This document shows positions 1-13,298 of a stretch of DNA of 64,000 nt, piece by piece (positions within the stretch are counted from its first letter, which is position 1; each line of letters starts with the position of its first letter). The notes beneath the pieces were generated by a model. That model had not been told where the DNA came from. It saw only the letters and a list, made by a program, of their open reading frames with translations, and did no database searches. Source of the stretch: the human T2T-CHM13v2.0 reference genome, Homo sapiens; assembly GCF_009914755.1 (NCBI RefSeq), contig NC_060936.1. One strand, written 5' to 3'. Made by a program: the position numbers and the translations under genes.

Positions 1-61
1 GATATTTAAAATGAGGAAACTTCTAAATGTAAAATTTTTTCATGACCTTTGTGTTAAATAA

Positions 62-529
<468 letters not shown>

Positions 530-2818
530 TGATCTTATGATTTTTATGCCCTCAAGTCTCCCCTCTCCCTGCTACTTGATCTTTATTTCCAGAAGTGGGA
601 ATTAGGAACAGAAACGAACACAACAGTCCTCAACACAAAAGCTTCTTTCTTATGAAGACAAAACAAAGCCAGTCAACTAAAACTAAATAAATAAAAGAAA
701 AAACTAATTCAACAACTTGGTCATTGACAAATTCATCATTTGGCAATTGTTCTGGAGCAGGCACATGGACAGTTTTTTAAGTATATTAAAGGAAAGGAGG
801 AATGGGGTGGGAGGAAAAGGAAAGGAATGAAGGAAGGAAAAGGAAGGAAAGCACGAGGTCTCAGCCATTTGACGAATATCCATCAAGTGCAAATCCATAC
901 CCTCAAAATGTGGCAATTATTTATTTCATCCCCTTTATCAAATAGTAATGAGTGACACAATGTTGCCTATGAACAGGAATAAAAAAGAATAAATGGAAAG
1001 GAGGTGGATAGGACCAGTTGCTCACCATGAGCATTTTATTTTTATATCTGAATTTTGAACTATCTAAAACCTAGAAATGTTCAATAGTGGGCTGGTGATA
1101 TGAATGTCAAAAGAGTTGTACTGTTATCTGCAGCCAGTAATCATAAAGTTCCATGCAAATGAACTGCAAGTGAAATAGATCTTGATCATCTCTAGCTGAC
1201 AACATGTGATCCAGTAACTACTTCCGGGTTATACCAGAGTTCATCTTTAAGTTTTTCTTTCTGGTGATACAAAACAACACCCACCAAGGATAACTCAAAT
1301 ATAATCCAGGTAATGAGATTTGGTAATATAGTACATAAGTATTCCATCATTGGAATTGCAATATTTCCCCAACCCAAATACTCCTATTAAACCTACCAGG
1401 GAAGGCTACTGTAAATTTTAAAGGAATAATTTAGTACTTTGCTCTTGATATGTGAAAATTTTCACCTAATTCAGCATGTAATCAACAAATCCAACCAGAG
1501 TCATACCCTATTTGGTAAAATATAATTATCTGAAAAAAAGTTACCATCACAAATTAAAATGTCTTTGCAACTTTAGCAGAGTAAGCATCTTTTAATAACT
1601 CTGGTATCCATTAAAAATTGTCAACAGAAATAAAACAGGTACACTGATAAGAGCATTTAAAAATCCCATGCACAAGCTAACAATTTATAAAGAGCTGTAG
1701 TAATCCTTACTATTACCTTTAATGTATTAAGATACAAAATACATAATTACTGGATTCTTCAAATGATTTAAAGCAATCAATATCATATGTTTTGCTTTTT
1801 TAAAATTATTCCCAAGGTTTGGGGCAGAGGAAACTTTCAGAAGAACACAAACCAATGTTTTATTGTTGGCATAATTTCAAATATTAAGTGCACACATTAA
1901 GCAAGTAGGCTGTGTGCCAAAATTCTGTGTAAATCAGCTGTTCAGAACACAGACAGCATTTAACTCTGCAGCAGCACTACCAATGCAGCATTCATTGCTC
2001 AATCAACCCCTCAGAATCCTGTTTAGCCTATAGCATCATACTAACCTAAGCATTATCCCAGAGTACCGCCTCCAGGAAACAGAATGGGCCATTTCCTTCT
2101 GTCTCCCGATCGTGGAAGAAGCCTTGGATCAGTTTTAAAATATGTCAAGGTTCTGCGGAAAGCTTTCTAAAGCTCAGAGCGTGCAGAACGGAAGGCCCCC
2201 TCTCACAGTCCCCCCTTTCAAGAAGGGACTTGACCAATTGTGACTTGATCACTACTGCTCTGAATCCCCAGAGCTTTGTTTTACTTATTTTTCCCACAAC
2301 AACCTCAATAGTACGGACGGCAGGGGAAATACGGCAAGTATAATTAGTTTCAATAGGTTGACCATTTATACATTGATTACATTTAGTGTCCGTTTTTATT
2401 AACAAAATATCATATTTAAATTAATGTTGTTTACTTCATGTTTTATAACTTCTGTCTGCTAAGCCCTCTCCCAACCACTGATTCAGAGATTCATAGAGTA
2501 GGTGCTCAGTTAATTTGTATTAAACAGACAGATACCAGTTTCTGCTGCCAGAAATATAAAATTATGTTTGGCTGAAACATTATAGACACCAGGCCAGTTA
2601 CCTTTTCCCTAAATCAATGTCTGCAGTCTTTCTAACGCTCAGGCCAATCCTGCCGCTTTATGTTTCACGGGGGAGCTTGCTTTACCCCAGGGCATAAACT
2701 GCACAGCTTGTAAGACAACTGATGCTCACACTGATAGGCTTGAGGTGGGAGCAGGGAAGAAGGAAAGCGCGGAGTTACGTGTTGCCTAGCGAGATTGATG
2801 AGATGATGTGTTCGTATT

Positions 2819-2837
2819 TGGCCACAGGAGGGAGCCA
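2819..2837 (+). promoter_or_regulatory. CTCF-like motif in IL26 intron 3
   Basis: TGGCCACAGGAGGGAGCCA resembles CTCF consensus TGGCCACCAGGGGGCGCTA, in a locally CpG-enriched unique segment. Confidence 0.6.
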
Positions 2838-3795
2838 GACCCTTTGGGAAGCAGCAACAACCAACCAGAGCGGCGCCACACTGTCCCACCCACTTTAGGA
2901 AAACTTCACCAGAAACAAACCAAGAAAAACCAGAGTTCCTAGACATATCCAGGTTTCCTAAGCTTTTCATCTAGAATATTGTTCGTTTTAGGTTATAACT
3001 GTCGCTATGTGTTCTCTAGCTATTTGGGTCAACAAAACCAAATTAGTAATGAAAACCTGACATGGATTTGGGGGTTCTGACCAGACACTCTGTACTGTAT
3101 CAGGCAAGGATTTAACAATGCAACTTAAATTTAAGAGACTATTTATAGTTACACATGTACTTTCTTCATAAGGTTGTCTTATAGGTTTAAGCATAGAACA
3201 AAATTTCAGGCACCAGAACTGGCCCAGAGAATTCTCCCTGTGTTTTGCAAAGAGGTATCAATTTGTAATTTCTTTTTATCAGTGTTGTAATTTTAATAAA
3301 ATATGAGAGTTTATAAAAAAACATGCAATCCAAACCTAAGTAAGGGTATAACAAACACAAACTAAGCAAAGAAATAGAGAACTTAAATTTGTTGTTTTTT
3401 TTTTTTTTTTTTTTGCTTGTTTTTTTCTTTTTAACCTAGCCGATCTACTCACACTCATAAAATGCCTCATGTACTCTGGGCTGAAATTTGGGTTACGGAG
3501 CACTTTAGTTGACCACAAGAAAAAAACATCTTAACTCTTAAAAAATAAACACCCCCCCCCTCTAATGGCCCAGTGTTTAAGTCTCAGTGACCATGATGCC
3601 CAGGATGAAGAGCTCCTTTCCAACTGGCTTCCCAAGGATTGCAATAAGGCTCCCAACCCAACCTTTGTACCATCTGCAAGCTACAACTGCAGGAGGCTGG
3701 AGAAAGCATACTTGGACCCCAACCAAGGGCACAGAAAAGCTTCAATATTCCCCACAGAGGCAACTCGACTAACATTGCACAGATTCTGGCTCAGT

Positions 3796-3841
3796 GTTTT
3801 TGTTTTGTTTTGTTTTGTTTTGTTTTGTTTTGTTTTGTTTT
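3796..3841. repeat. (GTTTT)n microsatellite
   Basis: Direct reading. Confidence 0.95.
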
Positions 3842-4087
3842 CTGCACTGGTCTTTATTGCTGTGGAATTTTTCATAGAAATGTGATCACTTTTACCTTCT
3901 TAATTAATTCTCCACTGCTTGCTATGACAGTGACCATACTGAGGCATCAAATAATTTAGGTACCAAAGAAGGCATGTCTATCCCTTTTTAAGTTTTTTAC
4001 TGAGATTATGCCTTAAAAGGGGCACAAATATTTTTTTAAAAACATAAGTAAATAAGAAAAAGGGCATCAGTTAGTTATTATTGTTAT

Positions 4088-4293
4088 GGGAAAGAAGGAA
4101 GGAAGGAAAGAGAGAGAGAAAGAAAGAAAAAGAAGTAAAGAAAGAAGGAAGGAAGGAAAAGAAAGAAAGAGAGAGGGAGGGAAGGAGGGTGGAGGAAGAG
4201 AAAGGGGAGAGGGAGGGAGGGAGAGGGAAGGAAGGGAGGGAGGGAGGGAAGAAGGGAGAGAGGGAGAGAGGGAGGAAGGGAGAGAAAGAGAGA
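4088..4293. repeat. GA-rich polypurine low-complexity tract in IL26 intron 3
   Basis: About 200 nt, almost exclusively G/A. Confidence 0.95.
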
Positions 4294-4655
4294 CTTAGAA
4301 TAGTGTTTGGCACAAAGTTGGTACTCAAGAAATATTAAATGGATGAATGGATTACTTGGGAATCACATAATGAGAGAATGATTTTAAAGTATTTATTTGA
4401 AAACCATGTCATGTTACTTTAGCTCTCTTCAGTGTGTTTTATGAGCCATTCTTTAAGAAATAATAAATAGCAGCATTCTGAGTAATGTACAGTTATTTAA
4501 TGCTATTTCCCTGGTGATGACCTCTCCATTTGGACTACAAGCCAACAATTACAAAGCTCGTTTTACTCACCCTTTGGTGTGAGACAGATTCTTACATGCT
4601 GACTTCTAAACAGGTTTCTAGGATCAAATGCACAGTATTTGTTGTGTATACTTAC

Positions 4656-4790
4656 ACAGTGGCTCAATTTCTGCCTAAGGCTATGAAAGTCCTCCACAAA
4701 GCGTATTTTCTTGCAGCCTTGCAATTGCAGTTGACCAAAAACGTCTTCCATGAAGAAGGACAGAAGCTGTTCTTGAAATTGACAGTTTTT
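4656..4790 (-). CDS. IL26: Interleukin-26 coding exon 3 (remaining exons lie left of the window)
   Basis: TTTTTAG acceptor, 135 nt KNCQFQEQLLSFFMEDVFGQLQLQGCKKIRFVEDFHSLRQKLSHC, GTAAGT donor; phase 0. Confidence 0.97.
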
Positions 4791-4950
4791 CTAAAAATAA
4801 GATACAAGAAATTGCATATGGTAAATTATGAATCGTTTTTTAATGTCCCCCGATCATTACTTAATTACTCTCTGAAAAAAATTTAAATGCAGGGGGAAAT
4901 AAACATCAAATAAGTGGAAATGTAAAAAAGAAGAAGACTTTCTGACTTAC

Positions 4951-5007
4951 CATAAACTGCTTTTTTGTTTTCTTTTTTAATAATCGTATATTTTTTATGC
5001 GGTCTTC
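4951..5007 (-). CDS. IL26: Interleukin-26 coding exon 2
   Basis: TAG acceptor, 57 nt EDRIKNIRLLKKKTKKQFM, GTAAGT donor; phase 0. Confidence 0.97.
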
Positions 5008-5092
5008 CTACAATAATACAAAGAGAAATAAGTTGTATCCAAGATTGTAAATGTCCTTGAGGTCATGATTTTAAGCAGAGCCTAATACTTAC

Positions 5093-5263
5093 TGGAATCG
5101 TTGCTTTGAGCCATGCTGCTTTGATATAGAGAGCGTCAACAGCTTGGGACAATGTTCCCCTTGGGTAACAACTTTTGGTGAAGGAAGATTGCTTGTGCTT
5201 GGCAATGGCAAGAGACAGAGTGACTAACAGCAACCCACACCTCAAAATGAAATTCACCAGCAT
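5093..5263 (-). CDS. IL26: Interleukin-26 coding exon 1 (signal peptide and N-terminus)
   Basis: ATG at 5263; 57 codons MLVNFILRCGLLLVTLSLAIAKHKQSS...KATIP matching the IL-26 N-terminus; followed by GTAAGT donor at 5092. Confidence 0.98.
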
Positions 5264-5760
5264 TTCCCTTCACCCCACTCAGCGTGTGTCACTCACAGCA
5301 GCCCAAGAGATACTAATGCCGGTTAGATGAAAGGATAACCTACTTAATGTAGCCCTCAAAGCCACCAGTCCAATGAGGTGCTGTGAAAGATAATTTACAG
5401 TTTATATAGAGGAAGATCACTTTGGTTGTTCTATTTTTTTAAGAGCTTGCTTCATAGTCAAAAAACGCTGATCACACCATCAACTGACATTATTTAAAAG
5501 CTCAGCCTTACTGGTAAGATTGCGTTCTCATTTCCAAAAAAAATTCAGAATTTCAGTTGCCTATCACAGCAGCTTGCATTATTTTAAAAGGCATGCCAAT
5601 AAAAACAGGATGATTTCCAGGGGGCTGTGTCATAATTTTTTAAACCCCATGTGAAAAATCTCCTTTTCTAACCAGAATCCCAGAAAAAATTTAACAAGGG
5701 GGTAGAAATGGGCAGCCCCAGGAAATCTGCTCACGATTCAAATGGGTCTTGTGTTTATTG
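5264..5760 (-). promoter_or_regulatory. IL26: IL26 5' UTR and proximal promoter
   Basis: Repeat-free sequence directly upstream of the ATG; TATAAA on the minus strand at 5401-5406; exact TSS not determinable. Confidence 0.6.
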
Positions 5761-7662
5761 CTTGCCACATCCTTCACCCAGCTTCCCCCAGAGGCCATTA
5801 TTCTGCAGATAGCAGCGAGAACATTTCCAGTGCAGAAACAGTAACTCCCCTTAACATATTCAAGATATGTTTGGAACTGGACCTGGGACTAAGGTCCACA
5901 ATGTAATAAGTTCTCTGTCATCTCTGTCCAAATTTACCACTCAGACTTTCCTTATAACTCCCAACTTCTAGGAGAGTGCAAATTCCTTGAAGAAAGAGAC
6001 CGTATATTTTCACCTTTGAATACAGCATCTACCATGGCACCTCATCTAAAGAAGTGCATCCATTATTAATTGAGTAAATACTTTTGTCACATCATGACGT
6101 GCTACCATAACTGCTTTATTTTTTAAATTTCTTCCATTCACACATTTTTATTAAAGACTTGCCTACACAAAAACCAGTGCTAGGTATGAGGGAGCCACCA
6201 AGGAGGATTCTCCATAAACTCCCATCCTCATTTCTGTCCCAGTTCTTCCTAGACAGTAAATATGGCTCATTCTGGGTAGCAGCCCCAATATAAGAAGAGG
6301 GCAGCCCAGAGTCATATTCTGAGAAACAGAGATAGGTCACTAAAGCCTAGAATGAATAGAGTTAATGTGTATCAGGGATAAGTCAACACTAGAAATCTGG
6401 TTGTGAGTTAAGAGAGTCATCAAAACTAGTCAGTCAATAACAAGCATCAGAACCCAAGACTAAATTCCAAATGAAAGCAAGCAGGGCTGTCAAAAAAACA
6501 AAAAAAAAAATAAAAATAAAAAAATAAAACAACCAAGAAGAAAAAGGGAAAATAAGAAAAATGCTTGGACTGATGTCTGCTGTTTCAAAACATGAGTGGA
6601 TCTCTTGGAAGAATCCAAGCCTTATTTCCCCAGGAGCAAGATCACTGGTAACGACACACCCTATCAATTGAGATGAGAACTATTCACAAAAAAACTATAG
6701 CAGAAGTCAGCTGACTGGGAGTGCTGAGTGAAGTTCACTGAAATTTTATGAAATTCAGAAAAAGAAAGAAGTCGTTTCAGTTGGGAGTGGCTGAAAGGAT
6801 GTTTGAACTAGGACATGAAATACACAAAGGGATTTATTTATTTATTTATTTATTTATTTGAGCAGAGGAATGCCTAGTATTATAAGTTCCTTTGGAAAGA
6901 AACAGTGTGAACTTGGAGGGATCAAAAGCTCAAATGCCCTTAGAGGGCGAGGATTAATACAAACACACTGGGTGGGTAGATACCAGATAATTGCGGCTAA
7001 TATGCTTATATGGTCACCAGTCTTAAAGTCTGTCTAATCACATAGCCTGTTAACACACTGTGCTATAAACACAGAGTGCAATAAAAGGATGACACAAAAC
7101 ACCTCCCAGAGCCATATACTGCCGTGAGCAGCCAATTTCAGATCCCTGGTGTGTACCAACAAAACTTGTGGCTAATATTGATAACTCAAGTGGCTAATAT
7201 TGATAAATTAAGTTGATGTGGGTTCTGGCTATTTTTTAACTTCTGGTAGTTACATTTCCATAAATACCTTACATCCCTCAAATCATCATCACACAAGGAA
7301 AATCCATATATAGTCCTAGAATGCCTCTGCTTTGGTTTGCAGCCAACTCAAGAAAACTGTGGCCATTTCTGTATGAATGACCATATCACCCACTGGATCA
7401 CAGTCATCCTCCATCTTAGTCAGCAAACCTGCCTCATTAGGGTCCTTTGATAAGCAGGAAGATCTGATCTCAAAGAGTAAATAGTGACCACTAAAAAGGA
7501 CGTTCAAAACATGGGCCCTGAACACAGTTCCAAAGAGGAGCCCCCAAAGTGTCCTAAATAACAGAAGAGCCATTAGAATAAATGCATAATACTGTAGGAG
7601 CACCAACTGAAAAGATAATTCTCTGCTTCACTGAATGTATATTTATTATATCGCTTTCATGA

Positions 7663-7965
<303 letters not shown>

Positions 7966-8019
7966 ACTTTCATAAGTAACTTACACAGAAAGTATAAAAG
8001 TTGGTATTAATTACAAAGA

Positions 8020-8240
8020 GATTGGGTTTCAAAACTCTGATTCACTCTGATTCTGTATGGCCTTGGGGAAGTTATTAGTCCTCTCTGGGCTTCCGTTTTT
8101 GTCATCATTAAAATGGAACAATAATCACACCTAACTACAGAGGGTTGTCGTGAGCAAAAATACCGTAATCTAAATAGAATGTCTAGCACAATGACAGCTG
8201 TAGAGGCACTCTGGAAGTGGTAGCTACTGATTTATTATTT
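8020..8240 (+). mobile_element. MIR
   Basis: MIR core (CCTTGGGGAAGTTATT...TCCGTTTTTGTCATCATTAAAATGG); other MIR-like pieces near 11300-11850, 27540-27700, 45390-45530, 54110-54290, 60250-60410 and 63600-63820. Confidence 0.7.
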
Positions 8241-8799
8241 ATGAAATAATAAATAAGAAATGCATGTGTAATACTCTGAATAATGTTAAAGTTTATCATG
8301 AGCCTTCAGGAGCCTTCAGAAATGGTTGAAGAAAGTGAGAAAAGTGAAGGAAATGCAAAAATCTGACAATATGTCCAAAAAAATACATAGGCATAAGGAA
8401 TTGAGTTAATCCCACACACATCCAGAGGGTGAACTTGGACCATTAAGAGGATATTTTAGGGAGGCCACTCTTGTGTAATGTACAGGAGAATATTCAAACA
8501 ATTGATCTGCCAAAAATATAATTGACTGCCCCAATTTCCAAAAGCCAGCATGGCGGTCATTTTCCTTAAAGTTTAAGTCCTCTCCCACCCAAAAGAATGC
8601 CAGCTGCCCTCTCTGATGGCCCAGTGTAGCCCATGAGCAAACTCAGCTCACCAACTCCTGTGCAGAATCTTAGCTCACTTCGAGTCTTCAGTGACACCGC
8701 TTTTTATCTGCTTTCCTCCTATGGGGAAAAAACAACAACTAATTGTTGTTACTAACCTATTTGGTTGACACTGAAACACACCTTTTTTTTTTTTTTTTT

Positions 8800-9240
8800 T
8801 ACATTTTAATGTCTCTTAAATGACAGTGTGCATTGTAATCCACAGTTATCCCCACCTGCGCAGTCCTGAACTTGGTCACAACCACTAATGATGACATCAC
8901 TTCACTTGAACTGTGTGCATGGTTGTTACTACAGGTGTTTAATTGCTACTTAAAAGGTCTTCAGAAAGATTATGATTCCGCATTAAAACAAATGTTAATA
9001 TGTTCATAGAAAGACACAGAACAGCAGTGGGGCACAAATTTGATATTAGAAAAGTAAATATTTGTTTTTGGAGAAATGACCAAAATTACATATTTATTTG
9101 AAAAGCAAAAATCAAGTGCTAAATCTTAAGAAAGAAATGCATCATAGTTTAATTAGTAGCACTTTTTCCTTTATTAGTGGTAAACAAAGTAGTGGTGCAA
9201 TTTCCAGTGTACAACATCTTACATTGGTTGAAATATGTTA
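8800..9240 (+). mobile_element. Ancient pogo/Tigger-type element with transposase N-terminal remnant
   Basis: Frameshifted YDSALK / ERH..AVGHKFDI...NI..WR translation from 8971. Confidence 0.5.
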
Positions 9241-10349
9241 TTTAATGATCTCAGTGATTGGCATAATTTCTTAGGATCCTAAATCCTAAAATCAATGCAG
9301 CTGTGCATAAGAAGTACATGGATCTATGTTTATATAATCATACTATAAAAACTGAAATTCAATATATTTTTTCCAGAATAGAGCCAGAGGATGTAGATAA
9401 GAAACAGTGATAGATAGATAAATATGTTTGATGCAAAGATACTGTGGTTTTGCCTCTCCAGAAAAGATAGGCCCCACTACATTGGACAATGGTAAGCCGG
9501 GTAACCAACAGAATGGTAAACCTGTTTACCATCGTGATGAGAACAGGTTAGAGAAGGAATGAGGAGTGTTGTAAATGGACTGGAGAGGAAGGAAAGGAGA
9601 CGTGGAAGCTGGATAAGCAGAAGGGTATGATGGGGAGGAGCACATGAACATTCCCTGAGAGCCTCCACCTGTGTGTCCTGGCCCTTGGCTAGCTGACTTG
9701 TACTCTGCAGGTTTGCACATGTCATCATTAACACAGCCATTCATCAAATACTTATTGAGTATTCATTACCTTCCAGGCTGCACTAGGGCCACAGATGCAT
9801 TAATAAACAAAACACACAAAATTCTTAATTTCATAAAATGTTCTAGTGGGGTGGGGGAACAGACAGACAATAAATAAACATAATAGATGTAAGTTATATC
9901 CCTTAAGTACGATATAGACTGTTGGAAAATACTACATGTTTTGAGAAAGATAGACTAGAGTAAGAGAGGTGGAGGTGCTGAGATAGGAGATGATTGTAAA
10001 TAGATGGTCATACAAGGCCTCAATGCAAAGGGAACATTTAAGTAACATCACGAATGGAGTAAGGGAGTGAGCAATGGAGTTACCTGTTTCAGCCAAAAGC
10101 AACTGTCACTGCAATAGGCTAAGAGAAACAGCATGCTTAGCAGGTTCACTGTAGCTAGAAAGGTTGTGTGGATTGTTCTAGAGCAACGGAGGAGGACGGG
10201 GAGGATGTCAGGCCAGGGAAGAAACGGATGAAGATCATGCAGAGCCTTTTAGGCTGTTGATAGGACTTTAGCTTCTACTCATGTTATATGGGAATTTTGA
10301 GTAGAGGAGTTCTATCATTTGACTTATATTCTTTAAAAAAGAAAATAAG

Positions 10350-10785
10350 ACTCAAACGTCCATTAATGAATGGATGGATAAACCAGTTGTGGTATATATA
10401 ATATATATATGAAGATTATTCAAACATTTTTTAAATGAAGTACTGATACAGGCTATAACATGGATAATCCTGAAAACACTATACTAAGTGAAGAACACTA
10501 GCCTCAACAGGTCACATATTGTGTGATTCCACTTATATGAAATATCCAGAATAAATGAGTACACAGAGACAGGTAACAGAAAGTTGGTTGCCCAGGGCTG
10601 GGAGGAGTGCAGAATGGGGAGTAACTGCTTAATGGTATGGGGTTTTCTTTGAGGGTAATGAAAATATTTTGGAACTAGATAAAGGTGATGGTTGCACAAC
10701 ATTATGAACGTACTAAATACCAATGAATTGTTCGCTTTTAAATGGTTAATTTTATGTTAGGTGAATTTCATCTCAACTGTTAAAA
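10350..10785 (+). mobile_element. L1MB-type 3' end
   Basis: Typical L1M 3' UTR motifs (ATTCCACTTATATGAAATATCCAGAA; GGTTGCACAACATTATGAA). Confidence 0.85.
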
Positions 10786-12885
10786 AAAGGAGGAGGAGAG
10801 GAGGAAGGGAAGGAGGGAGGGAAGAAGGAAGGAAAGAGAGAGCAAGAAAGCAAGAAAGCAAGAAAGCAAAAAAACAAAAGAAAAGAAGAGCCTCACCACA
10901 GATGCAGCAGTAGAGAGAGAAGCTACACCTGAGTCATATCTCTACCAAGTCTTATCTGGTACTTCCCTTCTTCTATAATCCAGAAGAATACTTTTTCAAC
11001 TATACTGTTAATGTAAGCTTTTTAGTAGCTCTAGAAAAACATGCTTAAGAAGCAGAGACTCATACCTCATCCAGCTTTTAAAACATATTTAGATCCATTT
11101 AAATGCTTTTTTAAGAGGTGAAATCATGAACTAGTCACTTGTTTGTTGAACCAGAAATTAGTGGAATTAAGAGACACCTTGAATGTCATGAGTGATGACT
11201 TAATATTCCACAGGCAGTTGGGGGGAGACAATTTTTGTTTCCTAAAATACAGGCACAACCAAAGATTTCCTATTACGTTTGAGAATGTTGTTAGTTCTTA
11301 AAGCAGCTGGCATTGCTCCATTTTAGAGGAAGAATCTGAGCTGCAGGGAAGTCTCATCACACGCCCAGTGGCACACAGCTCAAAAGTGGCAGAGGATTCC
11401 AATCCATGTTCATGAAACTCCAAAGCCCACGTGTTTCCCACTGTCTGTGCAGCCTCCCACCACATTAGAGCAGTTCCCAAGGAATGTCTGAAGCTGTGGT
11501 AGGCACTACAGAAAATAAGAGATGGGACAGTAACCTAAGAAAAAAGGAAGAAATGAAAATAGGAAATACCTAAGGAATAGTAAAACTTAAATGTTTATGG
11601 TATTTTAAAGCTCTTGCATATATATTATAACAATATCTAATTGTAAATAGTACTTCCCAAAGCCACCTCTTTACTTGATCTTCCCAATCCTGCTATAAGA
11701 AGTAGAGGGGATCTTGTTTTCTCCAGTTTACAGGTGGGAAAGCCGATACTGACAGAGGTTGTGTGACCTGCCTGAAGGCACAAAGCCAGGAGGTAACAAA
11801 CCTGGGCCTTGACCCATGTCTTTGAACAACAAACCCAACGGTATTCCCACAGTACCATCTTGCCTCTGGATTAATAAGTAAACATTACATATGTATCATT
11901 CCAAAATATCCTTATAGGCAGTGTGAGAATAAACCTACCTTTGAGGAAAATTTTGTATGCTCAAATAGCTATTATTGCAATATATCAATACTCTTCATAG
12001 CTTTATAGGTTTGGGGTTATTTTAGCATTTTCAGATTTGACAAACTGGCATTATACATATTGGCTACTCGTTCTCTGACAATGAATAGTACACCATCTAC
12101 ATGATCTGCAAAGAATATGGTACCCTAACTATATTTCAAAAATAAGTCAGCAGATTGCCCATCATCGCTCACACCAAAGGTGATGGAAAATAGCTTCCCT
12201 GCTGTTTTCATCTTCACTCTTAGCCCAGCAAAAGAAAAAGGAGAAAAGAACGCACAGTGCACAAAGCCTCCCAAGTTTTATCAAAGCACAGGTGACATCA
12301 AAATAACCTTTCCATTTCATTTTCTAAGTACATCAACAAGAAGGTTCACAGTAATAACATCAAGAATTGAGGTGATGTTTAGAAGTCACAATTGTGAGAG
12401 CTCTAGAAATAGATGTATCTTTTCTGTCAAAACACATTAATTGTTGCTTCAGCTCTTTGACCCGTGTCCCTGAGGCAGTCAACGTGAGCATGTGATAGAC
12501 TCTGCTTGGGCTGAGCAATGAATTTGAGCCTGAACTTTCAGGGCACCAGGAATGCGATTTCTCCCTTAAGGATCCCCCTCCAACCCAGAGTAAAAGCCAA
12601 TATCCTTTCTGCGGCCTAAGGACCTATCCTATCTTGCCTATGCTCCTTACCCCTAACCCTCCCTGCCCCCCAACCTCTATTCCTATTCCTCCTCCTGGCT
12701 CACCTAGTCCAGCACAATAGGCTCCTCACTCTTGTGAGGCCCATGGAGCAGGCCTGTGTCTCAGAGCGTTTGCACTTGCTGTTCCCTCTGTCTGAAATGC
12801 TTTTCTGTATAGTTAGCAAGCCCTTTCAACTCTTTCAAGTCCTTGCTGAAATATCACCTTCCCAGCAGTGCTTTTCCTGGATGCC

Positions 12886-13298
12886 TATTATAGGCCAAAG
12901 GAGGCATGGGGCGCATGTGTCGTCCTCCATGCCCTCAAATTCTTATGTTAAGGTCCTAACCCTCGGCTTCTCAGAATGTGACTGTGACTAGATTTGAAGA
13001 TAGGATCTTTAAAGAGGTGATAAAGTTAAAAATGAGGTCACTAGGTTGTGCCCTAATGCAGTATGACGGGAGTCCTTATTAGAAGAGGAGATGAGGGCAC
13101 AGGTAGAGAGGGAAGACCAACTGAAGACACAAGGAGGGGCCATCTACAAGCCAAGGAGAGAGGACTCAGCAGGAACCAACCCTGCCGACATTGTGATGTC
13201 AGACTTGTAGCCTCCAGAACTGTGAGAGGATAGCTTTCTGTTATTTAAGCCACCCAGTGTGTGGGGCTTTGTGGTGGCAGCCCTAGCAAACGAATACA
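12886..13298 (+). mobile_element. MLT1-type MaLR solo LTR inserted in an L2
   Basis: MLT1 motifs (GAGGTCACTAGG...CCCTAAT; GCAGCCCTAGCAAAC...ACA); 5-bp TSD ATGCC. Confidence 0.85.

Noticed and set aside
4071-4338. K/E/R/G-rich ORFs, also at 56646-57003
   Set aside because: Products of purine low-complexity and microsatellite tracts
4530-4886. 118-aa plus-strand ORF
   Set aside because: Antisense shadow of IL26 exon 3 with a non-ATG start
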